Assembly (NCBI GenBank): GCA_000165425.1
Contig: CT868540.1
Location: forward strand, 124,001 to 188,000
Reading direction: 5' to 3'
DNA: 64,000 bases
From: Paramecium tetraurelia
Lineage: Eukaryota
The notes under the pieces are model-generated. The model saw nothing but the letters and a program-made list of their open reading frames with translations. It did no database searches and was not told the origin of the DNA. Positions 40,396 through 57,854 of the stretch are shown one piece after another (position 1 is the first letter of the stretch; each line of letters opens with the position of its first letter). The position numbers and the translations under genes were made by a program.

Positions 40396-41750
40396 TCATA
40401 TTTATCTAACCCATTTATGTTCCCCACCACCAGTCTAAATTAGTACTCATACTATACCTAAATGTTTGTTAGGATATCAAACAATTCATGTGAAAGTTCT
40501 CCTGCATTTAATTTTGGATCATATTAAACCTCATAGATCTTGTCATTGAATCCGATGGCCTCAATTGGTTGAATACTAACAGCTGTGCCAGATCCAAACA
40601 TTTCAATCATCTAGACAAAATTAACATGGTTATATACTCTGCCAGCCTCAATAGCTTCCACAACTTCCTAGATATACAGTTTCTTCTCAGTAACCTTAAA
40701 CTTTCCCATGCCTCTTGTGAGTTCCTATACATTATTAGTAATGATACCAGAATGGAATCTCTCAAAATTCCAGGTAGAATGGTTCCATCTAGTATTGGTG
40801 TAACTAATTCTCTCTCTCCTTCTTTATTTTTCCAAAAGAAGAACAAATTGCAAACTCCCATCTCTTATACCAGACCATCTGGCAACATCCATAAATTTTG
40901 GTGGAATCCAATCTTTTAGACTTCCTTCAGAGGTAAAACTGTTGGAGCATAGTTACCAGCTACTTTGAATCCTCCCACTCCTCCAGGAGCAGATCGAATC
41001 TAATGTTAGAGATGGATATTTTACTGTTGATGTGTTACAGAACACTCGAACAGGCTTTAAACCAGAAGGGAAATAAGGACCAACAGGACACAATGCAACA
41101 AACAATTTTGCTCTGCTTGATGCTCTGACTCCCAATGCCTCTTCTGTTGCCATCAATGTTGGTCTAATGTAACAACTAAATCCAGGTCTATCCGGAATCC
41201 AATCTCTATCCACTTTTAATAGTTATTCGATGCATCTTTACAATTCTGTGCCATCAAAATCTGGCAATGACAATCTCTTAGCAGATTGTTTCATTCTGTA
41301 CATATTACAATTCAATCTGAATGTTCGAATTGAATTGTTGGCTCCTTTGTAGGCCTTTTAATATTTATTATTCCATTACTTTGGCACCTTCGAAACACTC
41401 GATTGCATAATGTAAACAAGCTGAAAATGGATGAATGCTGAAACTTTTGAATGGCACAATTTGGGGTCGGCTCCAACTAAATCAAAATTTATTTAATCAT
41501 CTACCCCATCTTCTCAGACCAATCAATCTCCAATAAGTGATCAGTGTGAAATGCTCCAAATGTCATGATTTTAGGATCACATGGAGGTTTAGTAATATAA
41601 TGCATTGTATGAGTAGTCGTAAGATCTCTAGCCTATGAGTTTGTTCCTATATTATTTTACTTGAAACGATGGATATGGACAACTTAGATCCAAGTTAGAG
41701 TAATATGAAAAAGAATAGACTGGGGATCTCCAAAGACTTCTCAACATCAT
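40396..41750 (-). CDS. BCAT: Branched-chain amino acid aminotransferase, probably mitochondrial
   Basis: [37 protein letters not shown] (PLP lysine), [10 protein letters not shown] and EMFGSGTA; basic N-terminal presequence MMLRSLWRS. Confidence 0.95.
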
Positions 41751-42512
41751 TTCTATATTATTTTTTATTTCAAATTTTCATTTCATCATAATTTAATACG
41801 TAATATCTAAATAATATGACTCTAAAATTAGTTTTAATTAATTTTTATATCATTCGCTATCCATGATTCGTCATTTATTATCTTTATTCTATTGAAGATT
41901 TGAAATATTATATTAATCATAATCATTCACTTTGATTTCAATAATATCAAATAATAAACAGTATGTTATCTACTATTCTAAATTCATAGAACGTATTTAT
42001 ATTATGTTTCACTAAAAAAGAATATGACACACACATAGTTTTGAGATAATAAAAAGTTGATTATATAAGTATTTGAGTATATTTTATGCTTGTATATTTC
42101 AAAATAAACTCTCATTAATAATTAAAAATTTTTTAGGTAGATATTCTAATCTAGAATTAAAACAATAAACAAATTTTATTGATTTCAAAATATGTCAGTT
42201 TTTTATTTATTTGCTCTTCGATATTGATTATCCTATTTAGTATGGATTTTTGATCTATTGAGATAGATAGATTTCGATAAATGTGCATCCAAATACTTCA
42301 ATTTATATTATTAACTAATACCCATTAATTATGCAGATGCATTAATTAAATATTATTAAAGGAAAATTGAACACAATTACTAATATATATAATTAAATAA
42401 ATCAATAAAAATTGATTATTTTATATAAATTGAAAGGATAAAACAAATTTTGAACAGGCTGAAGATTCTATAAACCAAATAATTTTAATAAATATTAATA
42501 AAAGTATATGTT

Positions 42513-43356
42513 TCATTAAGTAATAACTTATTCTATAATCTTTGATTAATTTTTATAAATACTTAAGAGAGAATAACACCTATACTCCATCGATTACAAA
42601 AATATTTATTTTGTCTTTAATCAGAAATATCCTAATCAGTAAAGTAGACTGAATAAATGTTTTTCACATTAACAGCTCGTTCCTTTACATAAGAAATCAT
42701 ATCTTGCTCCTTTTAAGGTTCGAAATCTTTAGAATCCACATCAAATGCTAGGATGTAAATCGAAGTTTAGAGAAAGTAAACTACATAAAAGTAGAATTGC
42801 AATTTACCATTGATAATAGGAGCATAATCCGAAATCGATGTATCATGCATAAGAAACTTTATCATATGAACTCCATCCCTTTCTTGAATTCTTTTAATTG
42901 CTAAATCAAGGCATAATTTACTAAGCATTATATCGTTTTCATTACTTTTTCAATGGCGATATCAATTCTTCATTGAAATCTTCATTGCTATTTTTACGAC
43001 TCTACATACAGAACATAGTCAGTGATTGTTTAAGGCATTCATTGATATCTCCTAATATCATAATGTGATGATTAATGACTTCATCACTAGATTTCAAGTG
43101 GATATCAGGTGGAAGTTCAGAAGTATCAATATAATCATTCTAAGAATGACCATGTTCGAATCCTTCTATTTGTTTTGGAGTGTATTTAGTGTCAGCTACT
43201 TATTTCAATCCATTAACCCATTTTAATTTTTTGTCATCGTAAAAGAGATTAGTTTAATTTTATCCAATAGTGGCAAGCTGATTTTACATGTTTAAATACC
43301 TATATATACTCTTCTAGATTATCAGAATCAAAAGCGCAACGCCTACGTCTTGACAT
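42513..43356 (-). CDS. Degenerate small-GTPase (Rab/Ras)-like protein
   Basis: After removing four short introns: HIMILGDINECLKQSLTMFC ... IKFLMHDTSISDYAPIINVYFLQTSIYILAFDV, which parallels the G1 and G3/switch II-beta4 regions of Rab GTPases. Confidence 0.55.
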
Positions 43357-44489
43357 AAAAAATTTATAAAATATATAATATCATTTATTATGAGTTAATT
43401 CATCAATAATTAGTAAATAAATTATATTTTAACTATTTTTCAATTTGTTTTCTAGAATTCATATCATAAAACTCATTTTGAAATTTTAAATAACAGATTA
43501 CTGAAGGACTCATTTTAATTTAAATTGTCCTAAACTTCATTTTCAATTGAATAAATCAAAAATTTGAAAACATCAGTTAAAAATTAAACAATGTAATAAT
43601 TTTAATACTCAAATAATAATAAGATAAATAAAATAATGTAATCATATAGTGAGACTATCATTAATATAAGTAATTAAACCAACTTTTAATATCAGGTAAT
43701 GTATATACACGGTTAGTTAAAATGCTAGATATATGGAAATAATAGAACTGATATTTACTTATCTTTTAGATTTGTAGTTCAATCTTCAGATATCTATAAA
43801 TATGAATTATCATTTGAAATATAATTAGGCTGTATAAATGTTCATTATTCTCTTTTTTAAAATATTTATTTGTTCCTATTTAGGATTATCAAGAAATTAC
43901 TCTATATTTTAATATAAAATAAAATGAAGGTTTCATCAGTAAATCAAATAAACTAATTTTTAATATTAGTATTAAATATTTATTATGCTGTTAACTTATT
44001 ATTATCGTAAATGATTTGAATTAAAACACTGAGCATATATTATTGATATATTTTCAAATTTTATTCAATAAGATTGACATTTATTTAATAAGATTTACCA
44101 TTATTAAATAGTTTGTGATTTATAATTTTTTAACATATTTAGGATATATTTTTACATTATTACTAGTGGCTATAACAATTAAGACTTAAGTTCATTTCTA
44201 TTATAATAGAGAAACAAAAACTCTCAATAATTATAATCAAAACAAATCAAGATAAATTCTTCCCAATATCAAAGCAGATTAGTGGCTAAACAGTTAAACC
44301 TAATCTTATGATTAGATTTAAATTTTCTTATCTAGCTAAGCTAATATCTTATCTTAGAAAACTGCATTTGAAGATGAGTTTTATTTTCAGATATTGGATA
44401 TTTGAAACATACTTAGTTTATTATTAAGATTTCAATATAATATGTTATAAATTGTTTTTTATTGTCATCTTTATTTAGATTTATGTTTT

Positions 44490-44996
44490 TCATAAAATTT
44501 ATGAGCTTTTTAGATATTGGCTTCGTCAATGAGACCATAATCTAGGCAATATTTAATAGCTAATATAGACTCTGGTCTTTCTCTATAGAGTGATTCATAA
44601 TAAATTCTGCAAGGATCCTCTTCAGGTGGAGTCTCTTTTTTTTAATATAATTTGAAATTATCTTTGTCTTTCTCAACACTCTCAGAATTTTCATCATCAT
44701 CCTAAAATATTACAATAATTTACATCTTCTTTTATTTATTTCCTTTTAGTATTATTTGTAGGTTTGTTTTATTTTTAAGATTAGGCCTTCTTATTTTTAC
44801 TTTGTTTTTGATTTGATTCTTCACTAGATTATGAAGACTCACCGGAGTCATCTTCTTTTTATTTTTTCGCTGATCCTTATTGTTTTTTTTAGGGTTGTTT
44901 TTGAATTTTCTTAGTGGCCTTTGGTTCATAGACTTCTTCTGATTCATCATCATCAGAGTCGTGATTCTTTTTTCCTTTTCCCTTTTTTGGAGGCAT
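44490..44996 (-). CDS. Small Lys/Asp-rich protein with a conserved-looking C-terminal domain
   Basis: MPPKKGKGKK..DSDDDE..., C-terminal KKETPPEEDPCRIYYESL...YCLDYGLI; one intron. Confidence 0.75.
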
Positions 44997-45254
44997 ACAA
45001 TATAAATATTAATAATTAAAAATAAAAGTTCAAATAAATTTTGATTTTAATCTGGATTAGTATATACAAAAATTGAAATATAATGAGAATCATCAAAGAG
45101 TATAGAATAATAAAATTATATGTAATATTAATTATATTTTAATTATTATTACAAATCATTGGATTTTGAACTAAAGTGTGAGTAAAAATATCAAAAGGAT
45201 TTTTAAACTTTAATTCTTCCTGTGTTATATTGAAGACAACCAATAATATTAATA

Positions 45255-46263
45255 ATGAGTTAAGAAGTTTAGAAAGAGGAGGAAAAAGAGAATCAAACTA
45301 CTGCTGCTTACAAAGTCTATGAAAATGTCATTATTTTTAAGGATCTTTAAATCAATATGGATGAAACTCTGAAGAAATATCAAGAGGAGTAGATCGGACC
45401 GGATATATTAAAGTATAATGTCATTTCATTACCGGATAATGAAAAAATCTAGGATGATTCAAAATTGAAAATATTTTGTGAAGAAAGAGATTTCAATGGA
45501 TTTTTATAGAATAAAGATAAACAAGTTTAACTCAATAGATTCTCCATGAAATCTCCAAAGCCAGAATTAAGTTAGATTAAGAAACTTCTTTTATCAATGC
45601 ATGTTGGAGAGGAATCATGGTTCAAGATTAGCAATTTTCAAACTTAGAATGAACTCTTGAATGAGAACGATAAATAAACAACTGTTATTAGATATTTTAG
45701 AATAAAAGTAGTAGAACAATAATTAATTGAAAAACCTTTAGATTTAACAACCTTAGAAAAGTAAATAGTTTAAATTTATTAAATAGTCGTTTTCTTTAAT
45801 TTGAAAAATTCAGGAAGGATGGAAATAAGCTATTTAATAACAGTTTATTTGAAAATGCCATTAAAAAGTACCAAAAGGGAATCAACTTTATGGAAGCATG
45901 GCCTAGAATACACGAGTAGGATCAATAGGTCCAGTAAAAGAAGAAATATTATTACTAATTATTCTGTAGCAATATGGCTCAATCATATATACTATTAAAG
46001 GAATATGAAAAGGCCATTATGATTTTGGAGGATATTATTCCTTAATGCAGAGGAAATGTAATTACATTAATTTGAGTATTTAGGAGTTCGAAATTAAAAG
46101 TTATTACAGAATAATCGTATGTTACATGAAAACAAGGGATTTTGACAAGGCAGAACGATACTTACGAGAAGTTAAACATGTGTGTTAATTGGATGTTGGT
46201 TAATCGCAACTTTTTAATTGGTTGGAAAATGAATGCAAACCATTGAAAAAAGTGAAAATTTGA
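45255..46263 (+). CDS. FKBP-like / TPR co-chaperone (divergent)
   Basis: LLLSMHVGEESWFKI (FKBP-like) followed by TPR-like GNKLFN...AIKKYQKG...LCSNMAQSY. Confidence 0.7.
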
Positions 46264-46307
46264 GATTTTTAAATTAGATTATATACTGTATAAATAATTA
46301 ATAGTAA

Positions 46308-48229
46308 ATGAAATAATCTAACGAAAAGCTTAAACAAGCTGAGCTATTAGCAAAGTAATAATAGTAGAATGAAACGTTGTTGGCCCAAGCCCTTAATTAT
46401 TTCACCAATCCTTCAGTCTAAACTTCAGAATTAATTGAATCGTTAATGCATATATAATTTCTCAAAAATAATTGTCCTGAAGGAATGCAATTACATGATT
46501 TTGTAATGCAGGCTGCGAAATATGTAAAGTTTGAGACCTTTTCATTTGGTCAAATAATTTTTAATTACGGGGAGTTTGGGGATAAAATGTATATAATTTT
46601 AAAAGGACAGGCTGGAGTTTATGTTCCAAAATCAAAGGATGATATTGAAGATGAATTGAATCTATTAAACAGTAAGAAGAGTAAGAAATTGCTTTTTTAA
46701 GATGATGCGCTATTTGAAAATAGAAACAACTAAAATTACTATCAAAACGGAATTTATCTGTATCATAAAGTATGAAAATAATAATAAATAATAAGGTATT
46801 CCAATATTTCTCTGGTTAATGTTTTGGAGACGTTGCATTAACATCTGACAAGCCAAGATCTGCAAGTTTATTGGTAATTTCTGAAGTTTTGCATTGCATC
46901 TCTATAAATAGATAACAATACAAATAAATGTGTGAAAAGGCAATTCAAGAATAAAATAAAACTATGGAATTGTATCAAAGGATTCTACATGGTATTTCTC
47001 AATTCAGTATTTCAAAATTTATTTAAAATTTAAGACCAATATCATTTGTTTCTTAATCTATACTTTGGGAAAAAGGACAAGAACCATAATATTTATTAAT
47101 AATCATGAGGGGAAGAGTAGAACTATATGTAAATTTGGATGATTCTCAAGTTATTTAAAATAAAACAGCCTCAAGAGCATTCACAATCAAACTAAAACGA
47201 GTCGTGGTATTAATCATATCTTAACTACAATTAGTTGAGTCAGATCACTAATGGACATTTTGTTGGGTAAGAGGAACTATTGGAAGACATCCCCCAAAGA
47301 AAGTACAATTGCTAATGTGTTGATAACACAGAGGCCTATATCATGGAAGCTGAAACCTTTAAAAAAATAAGAAAGAATTTTCCTGATATTATGAATCTTC
47401 TGAAAAATATTACAACTTAAAATAAGAACTACGTAGATCAAAGATTAGCTAGTGTTGTAAAGAGCATTTAAAGTTACTAAGATAAAATTAATAAAGAACC
47501 TATGAATAGAACAGAGAAACGGACATTTTATGAATGTTTGAGTCTCCAATAAATGAGTTAAGAATAAACTAAGGTGCTTAGATCTGGAAATAAAAAGTTA
47601 TTGACACTTTCCTAAAGCATTAAAAGGAAGGTAGAGACTTTCTAATAAAAATACAAAGATAAATCTCCAAAGGATTTAATAATAACAAATCCTGAATTGT
47701 AATAAACCATACAAGAACGTTAAGATAGGTTATATTACATAAATAATAAGAAACAACAAAATAATAGACCCTGTCATTAGGAAGGTTTTAGTTTATCAAA
47801 TGAAATTAAAAACTTCAAATTAAATTTTTCCAAATCTTCTTAGAGATTCTAATAATCAGATTAAAATTAAATTGATAGCAATTTTGTATAGCATAGTTCT
47901 CAATGTATTTCTGAAGCAGCACTATCACCTTTAAGCAAAACATCATTATAATTTTAAATAACACAATTTAGTGATATTTTAAAAAAAAAATAGCACCTTT
48001 TATTGAAAATGCAATAAACTATGAGGCAGAGTAATAAAAGTTATCTTTCTATTCGAAATATGAAGAGCCTACACTCTCAAAATAATATTGGTAAAATGAT
48101 CAAAACAGACGTTAGTTTCATGAATGAACAATGCGTGTAATATTATTTGTTATTTCACATAGAAACAAATATGAGAGATCCTTATAATCTCTTCCCAAAT
48201 TATTATTATAAGAAAATGAAGAAAATTGA
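46308..48229 (+). CDS. Cyclic-nucleotide-binding domain protein (two CNBD-like repeats)
   Basis: GQIIFNYGEFGDKMYIILKGQAGV, FGDVALTSDKPRSAS and a second repeat WEKGQEP..LLIIMRGRV. Confidence 0.85.
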
Positions 48230-48276
48230 TTGTACTTTATAAATAGTCTTTATAATTGTTAACTCTTGTAATATTA

Positions 48277-48990
48277 TCAATAGAAAATCCAATAACAAAT
48301 AAAACTTAAACTTACAAATGCTATCCCTCCAATAATTAATCTTCTTTTTAATCTATTCAATCTATTCTTTCTGTGAACAGCAGTAGCCGTATCATAAAAG
48401 ACTTTTGATGTATCCTCCAATTCCAAAGATTTAACTAAAATAAGATAGGATATACTTTCAATTTGACTCAATTGTTCTTTATTGTTGATTAGTTTTTCTA
48501 TGTTTTGCTAGACTGATTATTTCGTATTATCCAATGTCTACATGATTTATTTGATTTGTTTTGGATCTTTGTTGTATTGCCTCTCGAAATAGATCAATAA
48601 CTTAAGGATATTATCCCTCTGATTGTCATTGAGAATAGCATTTCCATTCAACTATAGAGATTATATTCAGATCAATACTATTTTCGATTAAATGGCACTA
48701 ATAAGCATTTCAATATTGTATTGATTACAATCTGGAGTTGCTAACACAATTTAGATGATCTCCTTATTAAAAGGCATATAATACCATCTTCCTTTTTTAG
48801 ATGGCAATGAGTCTCTTTCAATATTACATTAATATTACATCTTCTGAAATTAACTAATTGTTTTGGTCTTAAGAATCATGAGTGTATCAGATAAATCTGA
48901 ATTGAGACCAACTTCCCCCTCCATTTCTATAAGTTCCAATTTCTCCCCAGTTGCCCATTTGGCCAGACCAAAAGCTTTAATGTGATTCAT
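48277..48990 (-). CDS. Longin-type R-SNARE (VAMP7/synaptobrevin-like)
   Basis: N-terminal longin-like region, SNARE-like NIEKLINNKEQLSQIE...LEDTSKVFYDTA, and C-terminal TM RLIIGGIAFVSLSFICYWIFY. Confidence 0.75.
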
Positions 48991-48998
48991 ATTTATTA

Positions 48999-51014
48999 AT
49001 GTTAAAACTTTAAGTCCGTATTAAAGAAGAAGCCTTTGATTTCGAGATATCTAAAAATGCAACGATCGCTGAACTGAAAGCCCTAATAGTCGAGCAACAA
49101 AAAGTAATTTTTCAATTCAATTAGATAACAGCTTCCTTTGATCTCTATATATTCGATCAACTTCTATTGGAGGAAGGAACTGTTAATAAGATCATCTATA
49201 ATTGTAAAGCAGACAATCTTGAAGTGAGATTCAAAGAGAAACTGTAAGCACCTAAGTTCCAACACTTTTATAATTAAGCCAAATCTCTTGTGATGTTGAA
49301 GACTATTGTGTCAACAATTAGGTTTTTGGATAATTTGGTAGAACTCAAAAAGCAAAGGACACAAGATTCAGATAAAGTAAGTAAAGTGTTATCTTCATTT
49401 GAAAATCAACCAAAATTAATCAAACACAATTCTTCTAATTTACTTACTAATTTTCCTGATAGACTCAAAGAATAACCTATGTTGAGTCATATCAAAATGT
49501 AGGAAGATGACCAAGTAAGAAATCAAAATAATGACACTGTATTAAATATCTTAAACAATATGATTAATGAGGATAAAAGAGAAAATCTTCATAAAATGCA
49601 AATCAAATCTAATAAATAGAAATATCAAGCTCTTAAATTTAGTCCATAAAAAGAGGAATATTTGATTCGCAAAAAGAAAGCTCTCTCTTCATTATAGGAT
49701 CCTAATTAGTGCTAAAAAGCAAAACTGCTAATATAGGAGCTGAAAAAATAAAAAGAACAATTATAATTAAAAAGATAGGAGCATTTAGATAATAGTGCAG
49801 AAAAGAGAGGATTAAGTTTGGAACATTAGAAAGAAGAAAGAGAACTATTGAAGTAGCAGATTAATTAAGAGAAAAGAAATAGAATTGTTGAAAGACTTAA
49901 TGAAAATTAAAAGAATCATGAGTTATTAACTTAATTTAATAAATAATCTTAATAGTTGATTAATGAATTAAAAAATAGAATGAAAAAACATTAAGATTCT
50001 CTTAAAAGCAAAGATGAATAATTAAAATAAATCTATTTTGAAGATGCCAAAGTAACTGTAATATCTCTTAATCTAGCTAAAACTTCAAGAAAAAAGGAAA
50101 CAAGCTTAACCAATAAGATTATTAGAATTAAATTAACATGAGGAGCATTATTTAGTAAATAGAGAAATGCTTAAATTGCAAAGAGACTAGAAAAAATTGG
50201 AATGGGAAATCAAAATCAAATCTGAAACTAAATTGTTGTATAAAGACTAGAAGGTCTTATAAGAAGTTATGAAAAGTGATCAATAGTTAAAGAACAAAGA
50301 TATTATAGATTTAAAAAAAAAATAAGAATTTAAAGTAAGAAAATAAAAATACTCTGAAATCATTTAAGAATTTCATAGGCCCTCAAATTTTAGTAAAATT
50401 GAGGGTTAATAATCAATGAATGATAATTCAATCAATGAATCAAGAGATTTTTAATTGAGATAAGCGATAAGATATCGAAATAAATCCTAATTATTAGATT
50501 CATTAGTAAATACAAGAGTTTAAGCAAAAAGTATAAGATATACTAAGATTTTTAGTGAAGAAAATTTAATCGGCATTAAGTCAATAGCATATAACACCAA
50601 AAACTAAAATTACAGAGAGTCTATAATAAGGGAAAGTGCCTGAACCCAGCACTTACTTTCATTTGAGAGTACACACTCCTCCATAAAAAGTTATTATTCA
50701 AGAAGAAAGTTAAATCAAAAAGTAGTAACCAGACTACTTAAGTGAATTCAAAAGAGAAAGAAAATCTATGAGTCAATCAGCCCTCACATCTCATTCATCA
50801 ATAAATAAGTAATAATGGCTATTTATATCAAAGAAAATTGAGTGTTCAATAAGAAATGCGACTACTCTAAAAGTTAGAAGAAGAGGCGAAAAAGAAGGAA
50901 TAACTAGCTCAGATCAGTCAAAATGATGATTTATAAATTGAAGCTACAGATTTATACTTAAAGAGTGTGTAGGCAAAATTGTAATATTTGGATAAGAAAT
51001 TATCAAATTTTTGA
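48999..51014 (+). CDS. Hypothetical protein: ubiquitin-like N-terminus plus long coiled coil
   Basis: MLKLQVRIKEEAFDFEISKNATIAELKALI resembles a UBL beta-grasp start; K/E/Q-rich body; ends ...KLSNF*. Confidence 0.7.
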
Positions 51015-51411
51015 GTATTTAATATTATAATCATAAACAATAACAACTCATTATCATAATTAAAGTTTTTCTTGAAATCATTCTAATAGTGTAATATTGT
51101 TATTATTAAATCTAATACTCAAGGAGATTAATTGATTTGTAAAGTATCCAAAGTAGTTTACAAAATTAAGCTCAAGGTGTAAAATATTATAACTTATATG
51201 TAGTGTAATTGAATGCTAATCATATTGCTATAATGATATATCATCTATATTTATTATTACTAAAATTTGAAAATTATTATTTATAATATTGATATTAATT
51301 AAATATTATGTTATTTAATTTGATATTCTAAATTAACTATTACAATGAAAATGATGTGAATAATATAAATAATTGAAGTTATTAAGACTTAACTCATATT
51401 CAAGATGTTCT

Positions 51412-52329
51412 TCAATAACCATATATGAGATGTTCATTTCTTCTATCCTTTTCTTTTGTACAACATATTAGGATCACCATAATTAAATTCATACCGAACA
51501 ATACTCCCAATCCTAATAATACATAACCCATGAACTTTCCTGTTGATTATACAAAGTCTTTAGTTTCTGTGAAACAACTAGTTCCTATAAATGAATTGAT
51601 GTCATTGATATCACTAAATAAATAATATTTTGTTGGATTACACCAACCGCTGCAATGCAATAAACTTTCTGCCACTTACATCATTGAAACAGCTGCAGCG
51701 TATTAATCAGGTTGGTATGAGGGACATTTTTAGATTTATTTTATTTTTACTTCTAGATCCTCATTTGTTGTATAGTTTTTTCCTTTAAAGAGTTCCTTAT
51801 TATCTTCATAAGTTGATTGGGTGATATAACATTAGCATATGCTAGAACATAAGAGTTTCTCTGCTTCATGGATTTGATAATCAATTTCCTTGAATTATGT
51901 AGTACCTTGACATTCTATATGTATGCATATTTAAATGATTACCTATTCCAAAGACGTCATCTGAATATAACAAAGTGAATGTTGCCAAGCCAGTACATAG
52001 AACAAAAAATGCCAATGCTCCAATTTAATAGAACATCAAACAAGTCTTTTAACATTTTGGGTTTTTCCTTGATCCATATAGTCCAGCGCAACCAATTAAA
52101 AATATCAGAACTCCTAAAATAATAAAAACATATTCTTGCAGTGTTTTTAACCAATCTGCATTTGTGTGATAGAGCTCTTATTTTGGAATGTATTATTACC
52201 TTGATATTCTATTCCGACTTTGTTGTATAGCACAAACAATCCGCAACATACAATAACTAAACCAACACTTGCTATGAGGTTGGCACTAAATTTCACTAAG
52301 GATTTTACAAACCTAATTAAAGTATTCAT
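51412..52329 (-). CDS. Tetraspanin-like membrane protein
   Basis: Three N-terminal TM helices, a Cys-rich loop (LCSSIC.C, AESLLHCSGWC) and a final TM followed by ILICC. Confidence 0.8.
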
Positions 52330-52517
52330 ATTATATAATAAATTATTTAATGCCTAGGTGATTGATTAACATCATATAAAATTGAAACAATCTATGAAAT
52401 CTGTCATTTATATTTCAATATTTTACTTTAATATATTTTATTTTATAATATGACAATAACCTCTTTATAATTCTGAGTTACGTGTATACAATAAAAAAAA
52501 AATTGAAAAAATAATCA

Positions 52518-54860
<2,343 letters not shown>

Positions 54861-54908
54861 ATATATCACATATAAAATAATTGAAATTGTTCAATAATTA
54901 TTATAAAG

Positions 54909-56420
<1,512 letters not shown>

Positions 56421-56439
56421 TGAAATTGTATTATATATA

Positions 56440-57330
56440 ATGATATCCAAACTAGTATCTATTTCTTAGGTCACAAATAATTTATTCTATCTAAATTTAA
56501 ACATTATTGTAATATTATTATAATAAACTTTGTAATGAAATAAAAAAAATAGTAGTTAGGAGAAATCAGTCTGAATAAACAATGCAATGAATCATAACTA
56601 AAAGAAGTATTCTCTTATATAAGAGTAGGTAATTCAAAAGTTATTGGCGAACCATGAATTTTATAGAATAGAAATTGCGAAATTAAAAGAATAAAACAAT
56701 GAAACTATATAAAAATATCATAAAGCCTTGAGATAAATAGGAGAGATGGAGCAAACATAGAAAAAAGTATGAATAAGTGAGTTAAGTTAGGATTAATTGT
56801 ATATCATGCAAATTGATTGTTTTTTATAGGAGGCCAAAAAGAGATATGATCAAAACAAAAAATAACAAACGGATCATTATGTTGATGCATTATTAGAAAT
56901 GACTAAATAAAGAGATGAATGTCTGAAAAGAAATATTCAACTTGAAATCATAGTATATGAATTAAACGAATAAATTGAAAAATTAAAACGTTAAACAACT
57001 ATAATACCATCTGCCAGTTAATAATAATTTAGTAATCCTTTAACGGCAAATGAGGAGGTAGTGTAAATAGGGAGCGAAATAAATCACCGTAAAAAATCAT
57101 CCATTTATTCAATGAATACCCAAGATTCAATAATAAATGATGAAGATAGAGATAAGGAAGATCAATTAATGGCATTTCTTTAATAACTAGACGAATAATA
57201 GGCGAACTAGTTGTATAGTCTATTCAGCTGTTTGAATGCCGATCTCAATTCTAAAGTGAACAAGACTCAGCAATAAGGTTCTTTCAATTTTTCCTAAAAA
57301 TGGAATAACAAAGAAGATCCTTATTTTTGA
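56440..57330 (+). CDS. Hypothetical coiled-coil protein
   Basis: Coding-like sequence (DALLEMTKQRDECLKRNIQLE...) ending ...EDPYF*; 5' exon structure uncertain. Confidence 0.55.
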
Positions 57331-57433
57331 TTTTTCTACTTATGTTACATAATTATTAAAATGACTTCACCAAACTTCAGAGGAATTCTTATAGAAATAG
57401 ATTAAATTTAAATTATGATATGTGAATTTATGT

Positions 57434-57854
57434 TCACAAAACAAATGATATTTCTGCGCATGCAAAGTTTGTTCCTTTAGCGTTTTAGAAATAGAATTGT
57501 GTGGTGATTTTTCCCTAAAATTACTATATATCTTACTGATGGAGTAAATGTTGGGAAGTTTTTGGTCTATGTATATACGACTTTGTCATCCTTGTCGTAT
57601 ATTTCATCTTCAGGAAAATCTTCTGTCATGACTTCAACCTCATTCCATTTGGCTTTCAATTGAACATTAGTTAATTCAGCATGAGCATTAGCTGTTCCAT
57701 AAAGGGTAATAGTTTCATCAACTCCTTTTTATGGTTAAACACTAAATGTTGCTTCTGTAAAAACAATTGATGGATTGGCTATGCAATTTGTCACTTTAGT
57801 TGGAATTGCTGCTAACACAGAAGATACTAAAAGGATTGCTAAAAGGAGCTTCAT
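57434..57854 (-). CDS. Secreted ML-domain (MD-2/NPC2-like lipid-binding) protein
   Basis: Signal peptide MKLLLAILLVSSVLA, an early Cys (VTNC), beta-rich body and terminal FACAEISFVL; one intron. Confidence 0.65.

Noticed and set aside
40569..40919. 116-aa plus-strand ORF
   Set aside because: It is antisense to BCAT coding exons.
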